Assembly (NCBI GenBank): GCA_019057815.1
Contig: JAHLWR010000002.1
Location: 160,001-224,000, forward strand
Length of the DNA stretch: 64,000 bases
Source of the DNA: Candidatus Heimdallarchaeota archaeon
GTDB taxonomy: Archaea > Asgardarchaeota > Heimdallarchaeia > Heimdallarchaeales > Heimdallarchaeaceae
Direction: 5' to 3'
Shown here: in pieces, positions 1 through 12,511 of the stretch
Layout of the letters: each line of letters opens with the position of its first letter
Position numbering within the stretch: the stretch's first letter is position 1
Program-made: the position numbers and the translations under genes
The notes under the pieces: model-generated
What the model was told of the DNA's origin: nothing
What the model saw: only the letters and a program-made list of their open reading frames with translations
Database searches by the model: none

Positions 1-663
1 TCCGCATATGTTATCAACCTTCTTAATATTGAAACAATTATCATCATTTATGTCATAAATATTTTTCAAACAGTCTGTATCAGTTGTCAGATATTCCTTA
101 AAGATTCCAGGAATAGTATTAAGAAGAGCTTTTACTTTTAAATCCTCACTTGATTCACCAAAACCTCTAATCCCATCCCAAACCGAATTAAACACATTTT
201 CAAAAACTTCAACCATATTTCTTTTATCAACATCATCGATGTGTGAATTTAATACATTCCACAATAAAAATGAATGAGTTAGTGATTCTGAGACTTTTCG
301 CCTATAGGATCCCTCTAATTCATTCAATAGATCCCTAGCTGATTGAGTATCGCGAATATCAAACGCGTTTAGAAATAATTTCATATAGAAAAACAATTGT
401 GATGTTATCATTTCTTCTGAATATGTAACAGGGTTTACAAGAATAAATAGAAAAGAAAATTTGCTTAAAAAAACAATTTTAGCTTCGTTTAAATGAATGG
501 TTTGAACTCCATTAAATAAATCACTTCCCTCAACGTTACTATAGAAAGAAAGAATCATGTCTATATTGTTATCAACATCTTCATCAGAAAAACCTTCAAC
601 TTGCAAAGGTTTGCAGAAAAGAACGTCGTATGTATCTTTGTTGACAATATAGAAACCTTTCAT
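1..663 (-). CDS. Longin-like domain protein (3' end runs off window)
   Basis: Manual translation from ATG at 663: MKGFYIVNKDTYDVLFCK...VQTIHLNEAKIVFLSKFSFLFILV; open to window edge; GGTGA SD upstream; pattern resembles Asgard longins. Confidence 0.5.
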   Translation of the reverse strand, partial: MKGFYIVNKDTYDVLFCKPLQVEGFSDEDVDNNIDMILSFYSNVEGSDLFNGVQTIHLNEAKIVFLSKFSFLFILVNPVTYSEEMITSQLFFYMKLFLNAFDIRDTQSARDLLNELEGSYRRKVSESLTHSFLLWNVLNSHIDDVDKRNMVEVFENVFNSVWDGIRGFGESSEDLKVKALLNTIPGIFKEYLTTDTDCLKNIYDINDDNCFNIKKVDNICG

Positions 664-771
664 TGTATCTAATCACCAGATATCTATTAATGAAATAATA
701 AAAAATCATTTAAAAGATTATCCGCAGTTGCAATAACAAAAGAAAAGCAGGTAGAATGTAACCTAAAGTTT

Positions 772-2958
<2,187 letters not shown>

Positions 2959-3126
2959 TTACGATTCCTCAACAAGCTATAGCCATTTAATTACTTCAAT
3001 TTTTGATAAATATCTATCTTTATAATGGTTTGTTTTCTAACCTATTTTCATTTATCAAATGTAGAATTTAGTATTTAATCCCGTGTAAAAATTAATTAAA
3101 TGAGATAAAAAGTAAAAGGAAAGAAC

Positions 3127-4050
3127 TTAAAATCGGAAAGTTAGCTTTAGTGCTCCTTCATCACACGCTTCTACGCACTCTAAACAATTTATACACATCT
3201 TGTTTTTGATATTTTTGTCATAGGATAATATCGGAACTTGCATTGGACAGGCTTGCTCACATTTATTGCAACCACTAACGCACCGATTGGGATTCCTCTG
3301 TATTCCTAGTAAACTATGTTTGCTAAAGAAACCTAATATTGCGCCAGTTGGGCAAATCCATCTACAATAGGCTCTTGGATAAATTGCTATTAGTATTAAT
3401 ACTATTACAAAGATAATAAGTCGAAGAATAAACATGAATCTCCATTGTCCTATTTCTGCACCAAATGAATCCGTTACAAGTCCCCATTTTAAATAATAGT
3501 ATAAAGAAGCAAATAATGTAGAAGAAGGATCAAGAGTACTAAAAGGCATATCCTTTCCTGCACCAAATGCAAGTTTGTTAATTTCACCTCTATTATATGT
3601 TATACCTATGATAGCAGCCATTGCGATCACAAATCCCGCAATAACAATAGCTATTTTACCTAAACTTACATTTGTTGGTTTTGAAACCTTCTTTTTCTTA
3701 GTGGGAATATAGCTAACCAAATCTTGAACTAAACCAAATGGACATGCCCAACCACATGTAGTTTTACCAACAACTGCTCCAAATAAAACGAATATGGAGA
3801 TAGCTAGATAGGGAAAAACCCAGAAAGACAGTGCATATTGCAAGGCTTCAAAAGCATTCCATACCGTGGAAAAAGCAGCACCAGTTGGGTATTCAATCGG
3901 GAGTAAAATTGGAAGACGGGGTAATCCAAACATAAGACCATTTAATAATCCAAAAATTACTAACTGTACAATAGTTCTAATTATTCGAATCTTACGATTA
4001 AGCACAGGGCGTAAAAATGCCGAAAGATTAAGTTTTTGTGACGTTGCCAT
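3127..4050 (-). CDS. Membrane 4Fe-4S protein, NapH/MauN/YccM-like
   Basis: TM helices, CGWACP and CRWICP motifs, C-terminal 2x ferredoxin-type Cys motifs. Confidence 0.8.
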   Translation of the reverse strand: MATSQKLNLSAFLRPVLNRKIRIIRTIVQLVIFGLLNGLMFGLPRLPILLPIEYPTGAAFSTVWNAFEALQYALSFWVFPYLAISIFVLFGAVVGKTTCGWACPFGLVQDLVSYIPTKKKKVSKPTNVSLGKIAIVIAGFVIAMAAIIGITYNRGEINKLAFGAGKDMPFSTLDPSSTLFASLYYYLKWGLVTDSFGAEIGQWRFMFILRLIIFVIVLILIAIYPRAYCRWICPTGAILGFFSKHSLLGIQRNPNRCVSGCNKCEQACPMQVPILSYDKNIKNKMCINCLECVEACDEGALKLTFRF

Positions 4051-4071
4051 ATATTATCCCTTTCCTTTTTA

Positions 4072-4254
4072 TTACGACCACGGATGTGGGAAACCATTAA
4101 GATAAGCACTTAGAAAATCTTTTACTGACTTATCATTAAAATCGCTAATCAGCTCGTACATACCCATTTGTTCAGGTACAACTATTGCTATAATTAAGAA
4201 TATTATTCCTATTGAAAGAAAAAATAACAAATTGATTCGACTTCTTGCACTCAT
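4072..4254 (-). CDS. Small single-TM protein upstream of NapH-like gene
   Basis: Hydrophobic N-terminal helix, co-oriented with next gene; likely ATG start at MSARSR. Confidence 0.5.
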   Translation of the reverse strand: MSARSRINLLFFLSIGIIFLIIAIVVPEQMGMYELISDFNDKSVKDFLSAYLNGFPHPWS

Positions 4255-4443
4255 TGTAACTAAAGACTTCAAAAAACAAATGTCATTAAAAATGTTGTCT
4301 TTAGTAGGTCATCGTTCAGTCATTAAAGACTCTTACAAAAAAAAGAGTTTTTAACACACACCTTTTGAGGAAAAGAGAAAGGAATTTTGGATATTTCAAG
4401 CTAAATGGTAAAACATTTATAGAACATTTTTTGCTATTCAACC

Positions 4444-4710
4444 ATGGGATCAAATGACACATGGAAAATAGCTCCTTTAACCTCATGCATTCTAGAAATT
4501 TTAGAAAAAAGAGGTGGAGTTATTCTTGAGAATGATCTTGATAACCCTTTAAGAGAAATATATGGTGATTTTTCAATAACAGAGATTAATAGAGCATTAA
4601 TGAGTCTTGAGAATCAAGGATTAGTACATGTTAGTTGGGTTTCGAAGACTCGCCGTAGAATACAGAAAATGACACAAGACATGGTAATAATGGGAGTCGA
4701 AGAAGACTAA
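4444..4710 (+). CDS. Small winged-helix protein
   Basis: wHTH pattern EINRALMSLENQGLVHV; TATA about 25 nt upstream (likely leaderless). Confidence 0.7.
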   Translation: MGSNDTWKIAPLTSCILEILEKRGGVILENDLDNPLREIYGDFSITEINRALMSLENQGLVHVSWVSKTRRRIQKMTQDMVIMGVEED

Positions 4711-4721
4711 TTTTTTCCCTA

Positions 4722-5972
4722 TCAACAGCGATTAATGAATACAACAAGTTTTCTAGAAATAACATTATGTTTTCTTCCAATGTCAAGTGGTAAAACAACA
4801 TTGAAAAATTTTGACTGTTTCATTGATGTAAGACCAGATAATTTCTCAATTTTTATAATGTTAGGTGTAAGAATATTATCTTTTGAGTAGTTGTATGCTG
4901 GAAAGATTATGACGACTCTACCCTCTTTTTTGAGTAGTTTTTTACAGTTCATCAAAACTTTTGTGTACAACGTTTCTAAACTTTTCATGGTTTCTTTTCC
5001 TTCGTCTAACTCTGGAAGTTGTTTTAAAAACGGACCTAAATAAGGTTCAGTAATTACTGCATCAATTTCAGTCTTAATAATTTGGTTTAATTGCCTTGAA
5101 TCATATTTATACATATTCCACTTAAGCTCTTTCTTTTTTATTATAGAAGTACTTTTACAAAAATAGGTTAAATTTTCTTTTGATGCTCTCACGCATCTAG
5201 GGTCATTATCAATCCCTGCAACATTTACTGATTGCCTAAGCCCACACTGCAAAACAGTTCCTGTCCCAGCAAAAGGGTCGAGTAACCAACCATTCTTAGG
5301 AATTTTTGCAATATTAATCAGTGTTCGAGTCATTTTAAATGATAAACCATGAGTAAATAATCTTATTGGGCGTTTTTCATCATCTTCTATATCAATAAAG
5401 GGATTCGTCACCCACAGAGTGAAACCGAAATAGATTTTAGATTTAATAACAAAACAATTCAGCTCTATTCCCCTTTTAATCATATTATTTTTGTGATATT
5501 CATAAGGGGAAAGCTCCATTGTTATTCTTTTTGAAGGCAGCATTTTTACTTTAAATTGATAATCGTAAGCTAACTTTTTTATTGCTGACCTAAGCTGTGA
5601 CCCTATTTTTGCTGTTGTATCTTTAGAATTAGTTTGTATATTTAAAGAAAATTTGATTTGTTTGTTTATGTCTATTTTCAAATTTTGAATACATTGAAAG
5701 ATATGTTTTGAAAATAACTCAAGCATATTAGTATCTGGTGTGTAAGTTTTTTCAAACAGTATTTTCCCCACTTTAACAATACTACCAGTGTGTGACAATT
5801 TTTGTGTAAATTTGTTAAAAATAGGTTTATCTATATCTAAGAAGATATGCTCTTTCCATTCAACATAACTGACCTTACTGAATTCAATTTTCTCTAACAC
5901 TGATGACAAATCCAATTTTGAGAGATTTTTATTGAAACCTAGTTTCACAAAAGTGGTATACTTTGATGACAT
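4722..5972 (-). CDS. SAM-dependent RNA amino-methyltransferase, Trm11/TrmG10-like
   Basis: LLDPFAGTGT motif I, TEPYLGP motif IV, THUMP-like N-region. Confidence 0.7.
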   Translation of the reverse strand: MSSKYTTFVKLGFNKNLSKLDLSSVLEKIEFSKVSYVEWKEHIFLDIDKPIFNKFTQKLSHTGSIVKVGKILFEKTYTPDTNMLELFSKHIFQCIQNLKIDINKQIKFSLNIQTNSKDTTAKIGSQLRSAIKKLAYDYQFKVKMLPSKRITMELSPYEYHKNNMIKRGIELNCFVIKSKIYFGFTLWVTNPFIDIEDDEKRPIRLFTHGLSFKMTRTLINIAKIPKNGWLLDPFAGTGTVLQCGLRQSVNVAGIDNDPRCVRASKENLTYFCKSTSIIKKKELKWNMYKYDSRQLNQIIKTEIDAVITEPYLGPFLKQLPELDEGKETMKSLETLYTKVLMNCKKLLKKEGRVVIIFPAYNYSKDNILTPNIIKIEKLSGLTSMKQSKFFNVVLPLDIGRKHNVISRKLVVFINRC

Positions 5973-5978
5973 TTTGTA

Positions 5979-7013
5979 TCAACCAAAAAAAGCGTCAAGT
6001 CGTTTTTGTCTCAGAGAAGTATCTTGTCCCTTTTTTGCTTTTTTAAGCGTATTTTCAACCCTATCTTTGCTGAAACCACGCTCATTACAAAGGAAGTCAA
6101 CAACACCTTCAATATCTAAGGGCTTGAATTTGATGTTATATTCGTTAGATATAACGGGGTTAAGAAAAATATCTCTTATAGCTTCATAGTCAGCATCTAT
6201 GACAATTTCCTCATTTTCAACAACCATTTCGAGGTTTCCATGTTTTGTGATATATTTATAAGCTGTTTTAGGACCAATACCTTTGATACCATCTGGATTG
6301 AAATCGGTACCTATCAATATAGACATATCTACCAGTTGTTCTCTTGATAAATCGAGAGTTTTTAACAGTTCTTTTAGGTTGTACGTTTCAACATTTATGT
6401 TAATATACCTATTAGAGTGAGGTAATTTTCTTTTTCCTGAAAGAGTAAGGTTTCTAACCATTATAGGAGAACCAAATAAGATACTGTCATAATCTTGAGA
6501 TGCAACTGCCCAAACTTTTCCCTTTTTAACAAGATGAGCTGCTTGAGCTTCTCCTTCTTGTTCAGCTTCTACAACGGGAATACCCATAAGATCAAGTAAT
6601 CGTTTACTATCCTCAACCATTGATTCTGTTAATTTACTTGTTCTTTGAGCTACAATCCTTGCACGTACTAAATCTCCTTTTTCGAGAGCTTCCTCTAGTT
6701 CTTCACGAGCTTTCTTTTTAGCTTCTGCTCTTCTTCTTAACTCCTTTCGCTTCATTAATGAAGGGGTTCCATCAAACACATAAACTAATTGGATACCCTT
6801 TTCCAATAATCTAGCATTTCTGTAGAGCAATCCTGTCAAATGACTAGTCACTATTCCTTCTTTATCAGTAAGAAGAGAACCATCATAACCACGTATTGAT
6901 GCAAGAAATTGGTAAATTATATTATAAGCATCAACTGCAAGTTTTTTTTGACTTAATTCATTAAGATTGATGGGTGTCCCCTTAAACAAATCGCTGATAT
7001 TCTTTACACCCAA
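5979..7013 (-). CDS. fen: Flap endonuclease 1
   Basis: AVDAYN, EGEAQAA, SQDYD, GTDFNPDG motifs; C-terminal PIP box QKRLDAFF; TTG start (MGVK) after GGTGG SD. Confidence 0.97.
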   Translation of the reverse strand: MGVKNISDLFKGTPINLNELSQKKLAVDAYNIIYQFLASIRGYDGSLLTDKEGIVTSHLTGLLYRNARLLEKGIQLVYVFDGTPSLMKRKELRRRAEAKKKAREELEEALEKGDLVRARIVAQRTSKLTESMVEDSKRLLDLMGIPVVEAEQEGEAQAAHLVKKGKVWAVASQDYDSILFGSPIMVRNLTLSGKRKLPHSNRYININVETYNLKELLKTLDLSREQLVDMSILIGTDFNPDGIKGIGPKTAYKYITKHGNLEMVVENEEIVIDADYEAIRDIFLNPVISNEYNIKFKPLDIEGVVDFLCNERGFSKDRVENTLKKAKKGQDTSLRQKRLDAFFG

Positions 7014-7091
7014 GAATTGCCACCACATTCGGTTAGAAGTTGTAATTTTTTAAAGTTTGTTCAAGAGAATAAAACAACTCAATGATGGATT

Positions 7092-7781
7092 TCAGCCATA
7101 TTTTCCCGTTAATGGAACAAACGCCACTCCACCTAGATTTCTTTTAGAAAGATTACCATTTTCATCTTTTGTTATTAATACTAATTCTTGATATAACATT
7201 TTGTTAACAGGAATAACTAAACGTCCATTGATAGCCATTTGTTCTTGCAGAGGAGGAGGTATCAATTTACTTGCAGCAGCTACAGAAATTATGTCAAATG
7301 GAGCTTTTTCTGGATAGCCTTTTCCTCCATCGCTTTCTAATATTGTCACACGATCAGCGAATCCTGATCTTTCGATATTATCCTTTGCAAATGTAGCTAA
7401 TTCAGGAATAATTTCAATTGCATATATATGACCTGGATTTTCTACCCCCTCTGGTGCAACCATTTCAGCAAAAATAGCTGCGTTATATCCACTACCTGCA
7501 CCAATTTCAAGTACTGTCTCTCCAACTTGAGGGTCAGTACAAGAAGGAGAAACGTATATCATCACCATATGAATTGCACTAATTGTTTGCCCAGCTTGTA
7601 TTGGTAAAGGGGTATCAATATATGCACGATTTTTATATTTAGGTAAAACAAATTCTTCTCTAGGCACATTTAGAAATGCCTTCTTCATCCTTTCTGTTAT
7701 CTTAATATTATGAAATCGTAATTTAGATAATACATTTAATTTTTCCCGAAGAAGTTCACCATCAGGTTTCATTTGATACAT
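7092..7781 (-). CDS. pcm: Protein-L-isoaspartate O-methyltransferase
   Basis: VPREEF, GQTISA, LEIGAGSGY, APFD, FVPL motifs. Confidence 0.95.
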   Translation of the reverse strand: MYQMKPDGELLREKLNVLSKLRFHNIKITERMKKAFLNVPREEFVLPKYKNRAYIDTPLPIQAGQTISAIHMVMIYVSPSCTDPQVGETVLEIGAGSGYNAAIFAEMVAPEGVENPGHIYAIEIIPELATFAKDNIERSGFADRVTILESDGGKGYPEKAPFDIISVAAASKLIPPPLQEQMAINGRLVIPVNKMLYQELVLITKDENGNLSKRNLGGVAFVPLTGKYG

Positions 7782-8019
7782 ACCTAGATTAGACTCAACA
7801 TCTTATGTTTTTAATTTTATGCAAAAGTCTCGAAGGAATAATGTAAACTTGAATAGTTACAACTTTGTTGTTGAAACCTTTTGTTAAAAGGTTTCCTTAA
7901 AAGGATTGAGAATAACATATTCTTTAAAAATAGGTTAATAATACGTACACTATAATTTAATTTAAATATGAAAGGCTAATTATTAGATTGAGTACTAATC
8001 ATGCGAGGAGTAACCCTTT

Positions 8020-8319
8020 ATGATTTCACAAAAACAATTTGAAGAAACCCTTAAAAAATTGGAAACACATCCTGGCGTAAGAGGCGTCATAATCACAAGT
8101 AATGATGGTTTACCTATATCAAGTACAAAGAATTTATCTATGGAAATGAGGGAAAACGTTTCTGCCTTAGTAGCTTCTTTAGTTGGTAGAGCAAAAGCAG
8201 TTGTAACCGAATTAAGAGAAGGGGAATTGAATTTTTTCACGTTAGACACCAGCAAAGGTGAAATACTAGTAGCACCTGAAAACGATTATATTTTAATCGT
8301 ATTAAGAGTCAAAAGCTAA
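8020..8319 (+). CDS. Roadblock/LC7 (MglB-like) protein
   Basis: [17 protein letters not shown] roadblock signature; directly upstream of GTPase. Confidence 0.9.
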   Translation: MISQKQFEETLKKLETHPGVRGVIITSNDGLPISSTKNLSMEMRENVSALVASLVGRAKAVVTELREGELNFFTLDTSKGEILVAPENDYILIVLRVKS

Positions 8320-8347
8320 TACCAAAGCAAATTATTGAGGATAGAAG

Positions 8348-8914
8348 ATGAGAAAAGACGCATCTGGAAAAATGCACTTTAAGCTGGTTTTTGTCGGACC
8401 AAGTATGGCTGGCAAAACAACATTTCTTAAAAAACTTCATACAGATGTAACTGGAATTAAAAAAGGAGGATTGAACAGTATCGAAGATCCTTCTGGACGA
8501 ACGATTTATTTTGACTTTAGCCCGTTCATGGCAACATCAAATGTTATTCTAGATATATATACGGTAGCAGGTCAAAGAAGACATAGGCATCAGAGATCTT
8601 TGGTATTAAAAGGAGTAGATGGATTGCTTTTTGTGGCAGATTCATCAAGAGATTTATTAGCAGATAACGTTGAATCAGCAGAAGAATTGAAAAAAGAATT
8701 AGGAGACAAAATCATAACTGAAATTCCTATAGTTTTATCTTTGAATAAAAGAGATGTTCCAGATGCCATGGATAAAAGAGAGTTAATAGATGCATTAGAT
8801 TTGGGTGATGGTATTCCTGTTTTTGAGACAATCGCAATAGAAGGAATAGGAGTTAAACGAGCCTTTCAATCCTTAGCACGAGATGTTATGTTAAAAAAGT
8901 TATATCAAATTTAA
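8348..8914 (+). CDS. MglA-like small GTPase
   Basis: G1 GPSMAGKTT, switch I GRTIYFDF, G3 TVAGQ, G4 NKRD. Confidence 0.9.
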   Translation: MRKDASGKMHFKLVFVGPSMAGKTTFLKKLHTDVTGIKKGGLNSIEDPSGRTIYFDFSPFMATSNVILDIYTVAGQRRHRHQRSLVLKGVDGLLFVADSSRDLLADNVESAEELKKELGDKIITEIPIVLSLNKRDVPDAMDKRELIDALDLGDGIPVFETIAIEGIGVKRAFQSLARDVMLKKLYQI

Positions 8915-8951
8915 ATTGTCTTTCTCTTTTACATTGAAAGTGGGTAGAATA

Positions 8952-9677
8952 TTAGCTTTTCCCAGGTAGTAATAATATGTGATTTATATTACTAGTTTCG
9001 TTTTGATCTATAATCATCCTTACTACCTTTGCAACATCACTCGAAGAGAGCATTTTATTTCTGTCAATATCCTTACCATCAAACCAAGGAGTGTCTACTG
9101 ACCCAGGATTAATAGTTGCTACTTTCACCATGGTCCCTTTTAACTCATCACGTAAACACCCAACCATAGCTTGAACAGCATGTTTTGTTGCTGCATAAAG
9201 ACTACACCTTGCAGCTGTTTTCAATCCTAGATTCGAAGATGTTACTATAATCTGCCCTTTATTTTGTGCTTTCAATAGAGGTAGTGTTTTGTTCATCCAG
9301 AGGAAAACTCCTTTTACATTTGTATTGAACTGCTCATCATATTGTTCAATTGTTAAATCTTCCAAATTACCAAAGTAACCTACGCCAGCATTAGCAAAAA
9401 GAACATCAATTCCACCTAGTTTTTGCTTGATATTATTGAACATACGTTCTGTATCTTCTTCGTTCCCGACATTTCCAACATCATAATATGCTTCACAACC
9501 TAGAGAATGTAGACTTTCTACAATCTTCTTCAATCGACCATCATTTCGTCCCATAAGGAAAAAACAATGATTACTTTTAGCCATTTCAAAAGCAACTGCT
9601 TCGCCTATGCCACTTGATCCTCCAGTAATTACAATGCGTAGAGAATCTTCGATTATCGTTCCATTCATATGCTTCAA
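8952..9677 (-). CDS. Short-chain dehydrogenase/reductase
   Basis: TGGSSGIG, NAG, YAATK motifs. Confidence 0.92.
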   Translation of the reverse strand: MKHMNGTIIEDSLRIVITGGSSGIGEAVAFEMAKSNHCFFLMGRNDGRLKKIVESLHSLGCEAYYDVGNVGNEEDTERMFNNIKQKLGGIDVLFANAGVGYFGNLEDLTIEQYDEQFNTNVKGVFLWMNKTLPLLKAQNKGQIIVTSSNLGLKTAARCSLYAATKHAVQAMVGCLRDELKGTMVKVATINPGSVDTPWFDGKDIDRNKMLSSSDVAKVVRMIIDQNETSNINHILLLPGKS

Positions 9678-9769
9678 GTTTTGAACTTCTTAATATCCTT
9701 TTAGTATTGCAAAAAGAGCAAGGAATACAATAGGATTCTTACGAAGATAGTAAATATAACAAATATACG

Positions 9770-11173
9770 CTACATCTCTATTTCTTCTTTCACTAATCTT
9801 CTTAATAAAATAATACTAGTTCTTACCCCTTTTTCAAACCATTCCACCATTAGATTCTCATTTGGAGCATGGTTTGCTTCATCTGGTTGGGCATAAGGTA
9901 TAATGTACATTGGTTTTTCTATAATTTTGTATAGAGAATATAAAGGTAAACTCCCTCCTGCAAGGGGAACCTTCAATGGTTTCTCTTGGAAACCTTCTTC
10001 AATAGATTCTTCTAAGATTTTTGTCCATTGAAGTTCTAAGGATGTAAACATTGGATAAAAACTAGCTCCAAACTCTATTTTACATCTATCAATAACCGCA
10101 GCCATTCTCTCTGATTTTTGACTTATTTTACCCAAATGCGCAAGAAATAACTTTTCTATCTTTTCTGGGGTTTGGTTAGGAACTAATCGTACATCTATTT
10201 CAATAACAGCATCTTTTGGTATAATCGTTTTAGCTTTTCCTCTTACGCTTCCAGATTGAATACCTCTAATGTTAAATGTAGGTCTGAACATTACTCGATG
10301 CGATAAAGGTTGATCTAATTCTTCTCCAAAATAATCTATTCCTAATTGCTGTTTGTATACCTCTGGATTTCGATTCAACTCTTTTGCAGCGTCTAGAGCT
10401 TCTTTTGAAGGCGTAAAAACATCATCATAAAAACCTTCAATTAAACATTTACCACCATCATTTCTCATTGTTTTTAAAATCGAAATTAAATCCCACACTG
10501 GATTGGGTTGGATACCACCAAAATTACCTGAATGTACATCATCATTAGCGCTTTGTAGATTTATTTGTATTGTTTGAATTCCTCTAGCTCCAAATTCTAA
10601 AGTGGGTTTCCAAGTTGGATCTGCTGGACCATCAGAAACAATAATTAAATCTACATCTTTGAAGAGCTCAGATTTTTTTTCTAAGGCTTTTTCAAGATTT
10701 GGTGAACCTAATTCTTCTTCTCCATCGAAAACAAATATTACTCTAACATCCAGCTCATTAGATTGATGAATACATTCGATAGCACGAAGATTAGCAAAAA
10801 GTTGTCCTTTATTATCTCCTACCCCTCTTGCATAAATCCTTCCATCTCGTATTTCAGGTTCAAAGGGAGGTGAAATCCATTTGTCTAGAGGTTCGGGAGG
10901 TTGGACATCATAATGACCATAAAACAATATACATGGAACCTTTTGATGAATATTGTTATCGTTTTGAGGATCCCATTTGGCTAGAATAACTGGATTTCCC
11001 AAAGTATCTAATAATTCAGCATAGTCAGCTGTTTTCTTCAAACGTTTCATCAACCAGTCTGCAGCGTCCTTTACTGCATTTCGATCTCTTGTAACGCTTG
11101 GAATTCTAATAAAATCGAATAAGTCATCTAAACATTCTTTTCTTGTATTGTTAAAAAATTCAAGAGCTTTCAA
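9770..11173 (-). CDS. M20/M25/M40 metallopeptidase (dipeptidase-like)
   Basis: GHYDVQP, RGVGDNKG, GEEE, HSG, NHAPNE. Confidence 0.92.
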   Translation of the reverse strand: MKALEFFNNTRKECLDDLFDFIRIPSVTRDRNAVKDAADWLMKRLKKTADYAELLDTLGNPVILAKWDPQNDNNIHQKVPCILFYGHYDVQPPEPLDKWISPPFEPEIRDGRIYARGVGDNKGQLFANLRAIECIHQSNELDVRVIFVFDGEEELGSPNLEKALEKKSELFKDVDLIIVSDGPADPTWKPTLEFGARGIQTIQINLQSANDDVHSGNFGGIQPNPVWDLISILKTMRNDGGKCLIEGFYDDVFTPSKEALDAAKELNRNPEVYKQQLGIDYFGEELDQPLSHRVMFRPTFNIRGIQSGSVRGKAKTIIPKDAVIEIDVRLVPNQTPEKIEKLFLAHLGKISQKSERMAAVIDRCKIEFGASFYPMFTSLELQWTKILEESIEEGFQEKPLKVPLAGGSLPLYSLYKIIEKPMYIIPYAQPDEANHAPNENLMVEWFEKGVRTSIILLRRLVKEEIEM

Positions 11174-11254
11174 TTATACAACTTCCTTATGTCACTCAAT
11201 ATACAATCCATTAACTACTTACTTAACAGAATTATTTAAAAATGTAAGTTTGAA

Positions 11255-11270
11255 AACGAAAGTTTTATTA
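11255..11270 (+). promoter_or_regulatory. BRE/TATA promoter of tRNA-Lys(CTT)
   Basis: AACGAAAGTTTTATTA; 15/16 identical to the element upstream of tRNA-Lys(TTT). Confidence 0.6.
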
Positions 11271-11328
11271 AAAAATGGAAGGGAGAGATGAATGAACGAT
11301 AGATTTAGGGCAATTGTTCAAGAAAAGA

Positions 11329-11438
11329 GGGCCATTGGCTCAGCTAGGTAGAGCAGCGGACTCTTAAACAAGATTAGCTGAAAATCATCTCGTAGAGTAA
11401 TCCGTCGGTCGCCGGTTCAAATCCGGCATGGCTCGCCA
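11329..11438 (+). tRNA. tRNA-Lys(CTT) with 33-nt intron (11367-11399) at position 37/38; CCA encoded
   Basis: Acceptor GGGCCAT/ATGGCTC, D-arm GCTC/GAGC, anticodon stem GCGGA/TCCGT, T-arm GCCGG-TTCAAAT-CCGGC; bulge-helix-bulge with central CTCT/AGAG helix. Confidence 0.95.
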
Positions 11439-11442
11439 TATC

Positions 11443-12447
11443 TCAATTTATTTCAAAAATAATCTTTGGGCGTCTTATCATTCTCTTTAGTACTATTAAA
11501 ATTATTATAATAGAATCAAGTATAAAATAAAATTTCACCTCAGATGTCGTGCTTGTTTCTGTTGTAACAACTGGAGAAATACCATTTGTTAAGGGGTATT
11601 TATCGGTTTTTCCCGCTGGTCCATCTATATCATAGTAGTTTATTCCTAACCAATCGGACCAATAATTTCCTTCGGAAGATAAAACGTCATACCAAATATT
11701 TCCTTCTCCAGTGTCATAACCTTGCGATTCTCCTCCCTTATTGTTATTAACAAACCTATTATGGTGTACAGCGTGATAATTAACATCTTGAGCCAGATAC
11801 AAACCATATCCACCATTTTTTTGTAATATATTGCTGGTTATTAATCCTGCGTCACAGTGTAATAGTTGCAAACCATAATCACTATTACCTGAACAATTAT
11901 TATTTGATACAATAGCTTTATCACTATAAATAAAATACATCCCTTTTGTGTTATTTGTACAGGTATTATTCTTTAATATAGTTCGAGAAGTGTAATGAAT
12001 ATTTATTCCATTAACTATATTATTAGTACAAGTATTATTCATGATTTTAACAGTTTCATCTTTTACATTACTAATATATATTCCATAAGAATGTCCTGAA
12101 AGATAACAATTGCGTATAATTATTGATAGTGTGGTTGTAGAAATTGCTATTGCTTTATTATATGTAGTTGTTATATTATAATTTTCAATAACATAAGGAT
12201 CTTCTTTTGTTCCATTTCCAGGGAAATTATAAGATATCAAATCGTCATCGGATAGTATAATTATCTCTTCATATTCAACTAAATATTTGTTTTGAAAATA
12301 AATATTAACATTGTCTGAAAGAGATTCACTTTTTATTATTGAACTAGAATCAGTTAAAAGAAAGCACGTACTAGTTAATAGAATACCGATAAGAATGAAT
12401 TTCTTAAAAAAGGAATTCGTTGAATTAACCATTCTACATAATCCCAT
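11443..12447 (-). CDS. Secreted, membrane-anchored parallel beta-helix (NosD/CASH) protein
   Basis: Signal peptide, GNGTKEDPYVIEN, NNTCxxN repeats, GNYWSD...DKYPL, Thr-rich linker, C-terminal TM with basic tail. Confidence 0.85.
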   Translation of the reverse strand: MGLCRMVNSTNSFFKKFILIGILLTSTCFLLTDSSSIIKSESLSDNVNIYFQNKYLVEYEEIIILSDDDLISYNFPGNGTKEDPYVIENYNITTTYNKAIAISTTTLSIIIRNCYLSGHSYGIYISNVKDETVKIMNNTCTNNIVNGINIHYTSRTILKNNTCTNNTKGMYFIYSDKAIVSNNNCSGNSDYGLQLLHCDAGLITSNILQKNGGYGLYLAQDVNYHAVHHNRFVNNNKGGESQGYDTGEGNIWYDVLSSEGNYWSDWLGINYYDIDGPAGKTDKYPLTNGISPVVTTETSTTSEVKFYFILDSIIIILIVLKRMIRRPKIIFEIN

Positions 12448-12511
12448 TCATTAAATGTCTGTTTTTGTGTTTTATATTACCACACTTATAAAATATGTCT
12501 TTCTTAGAAAC

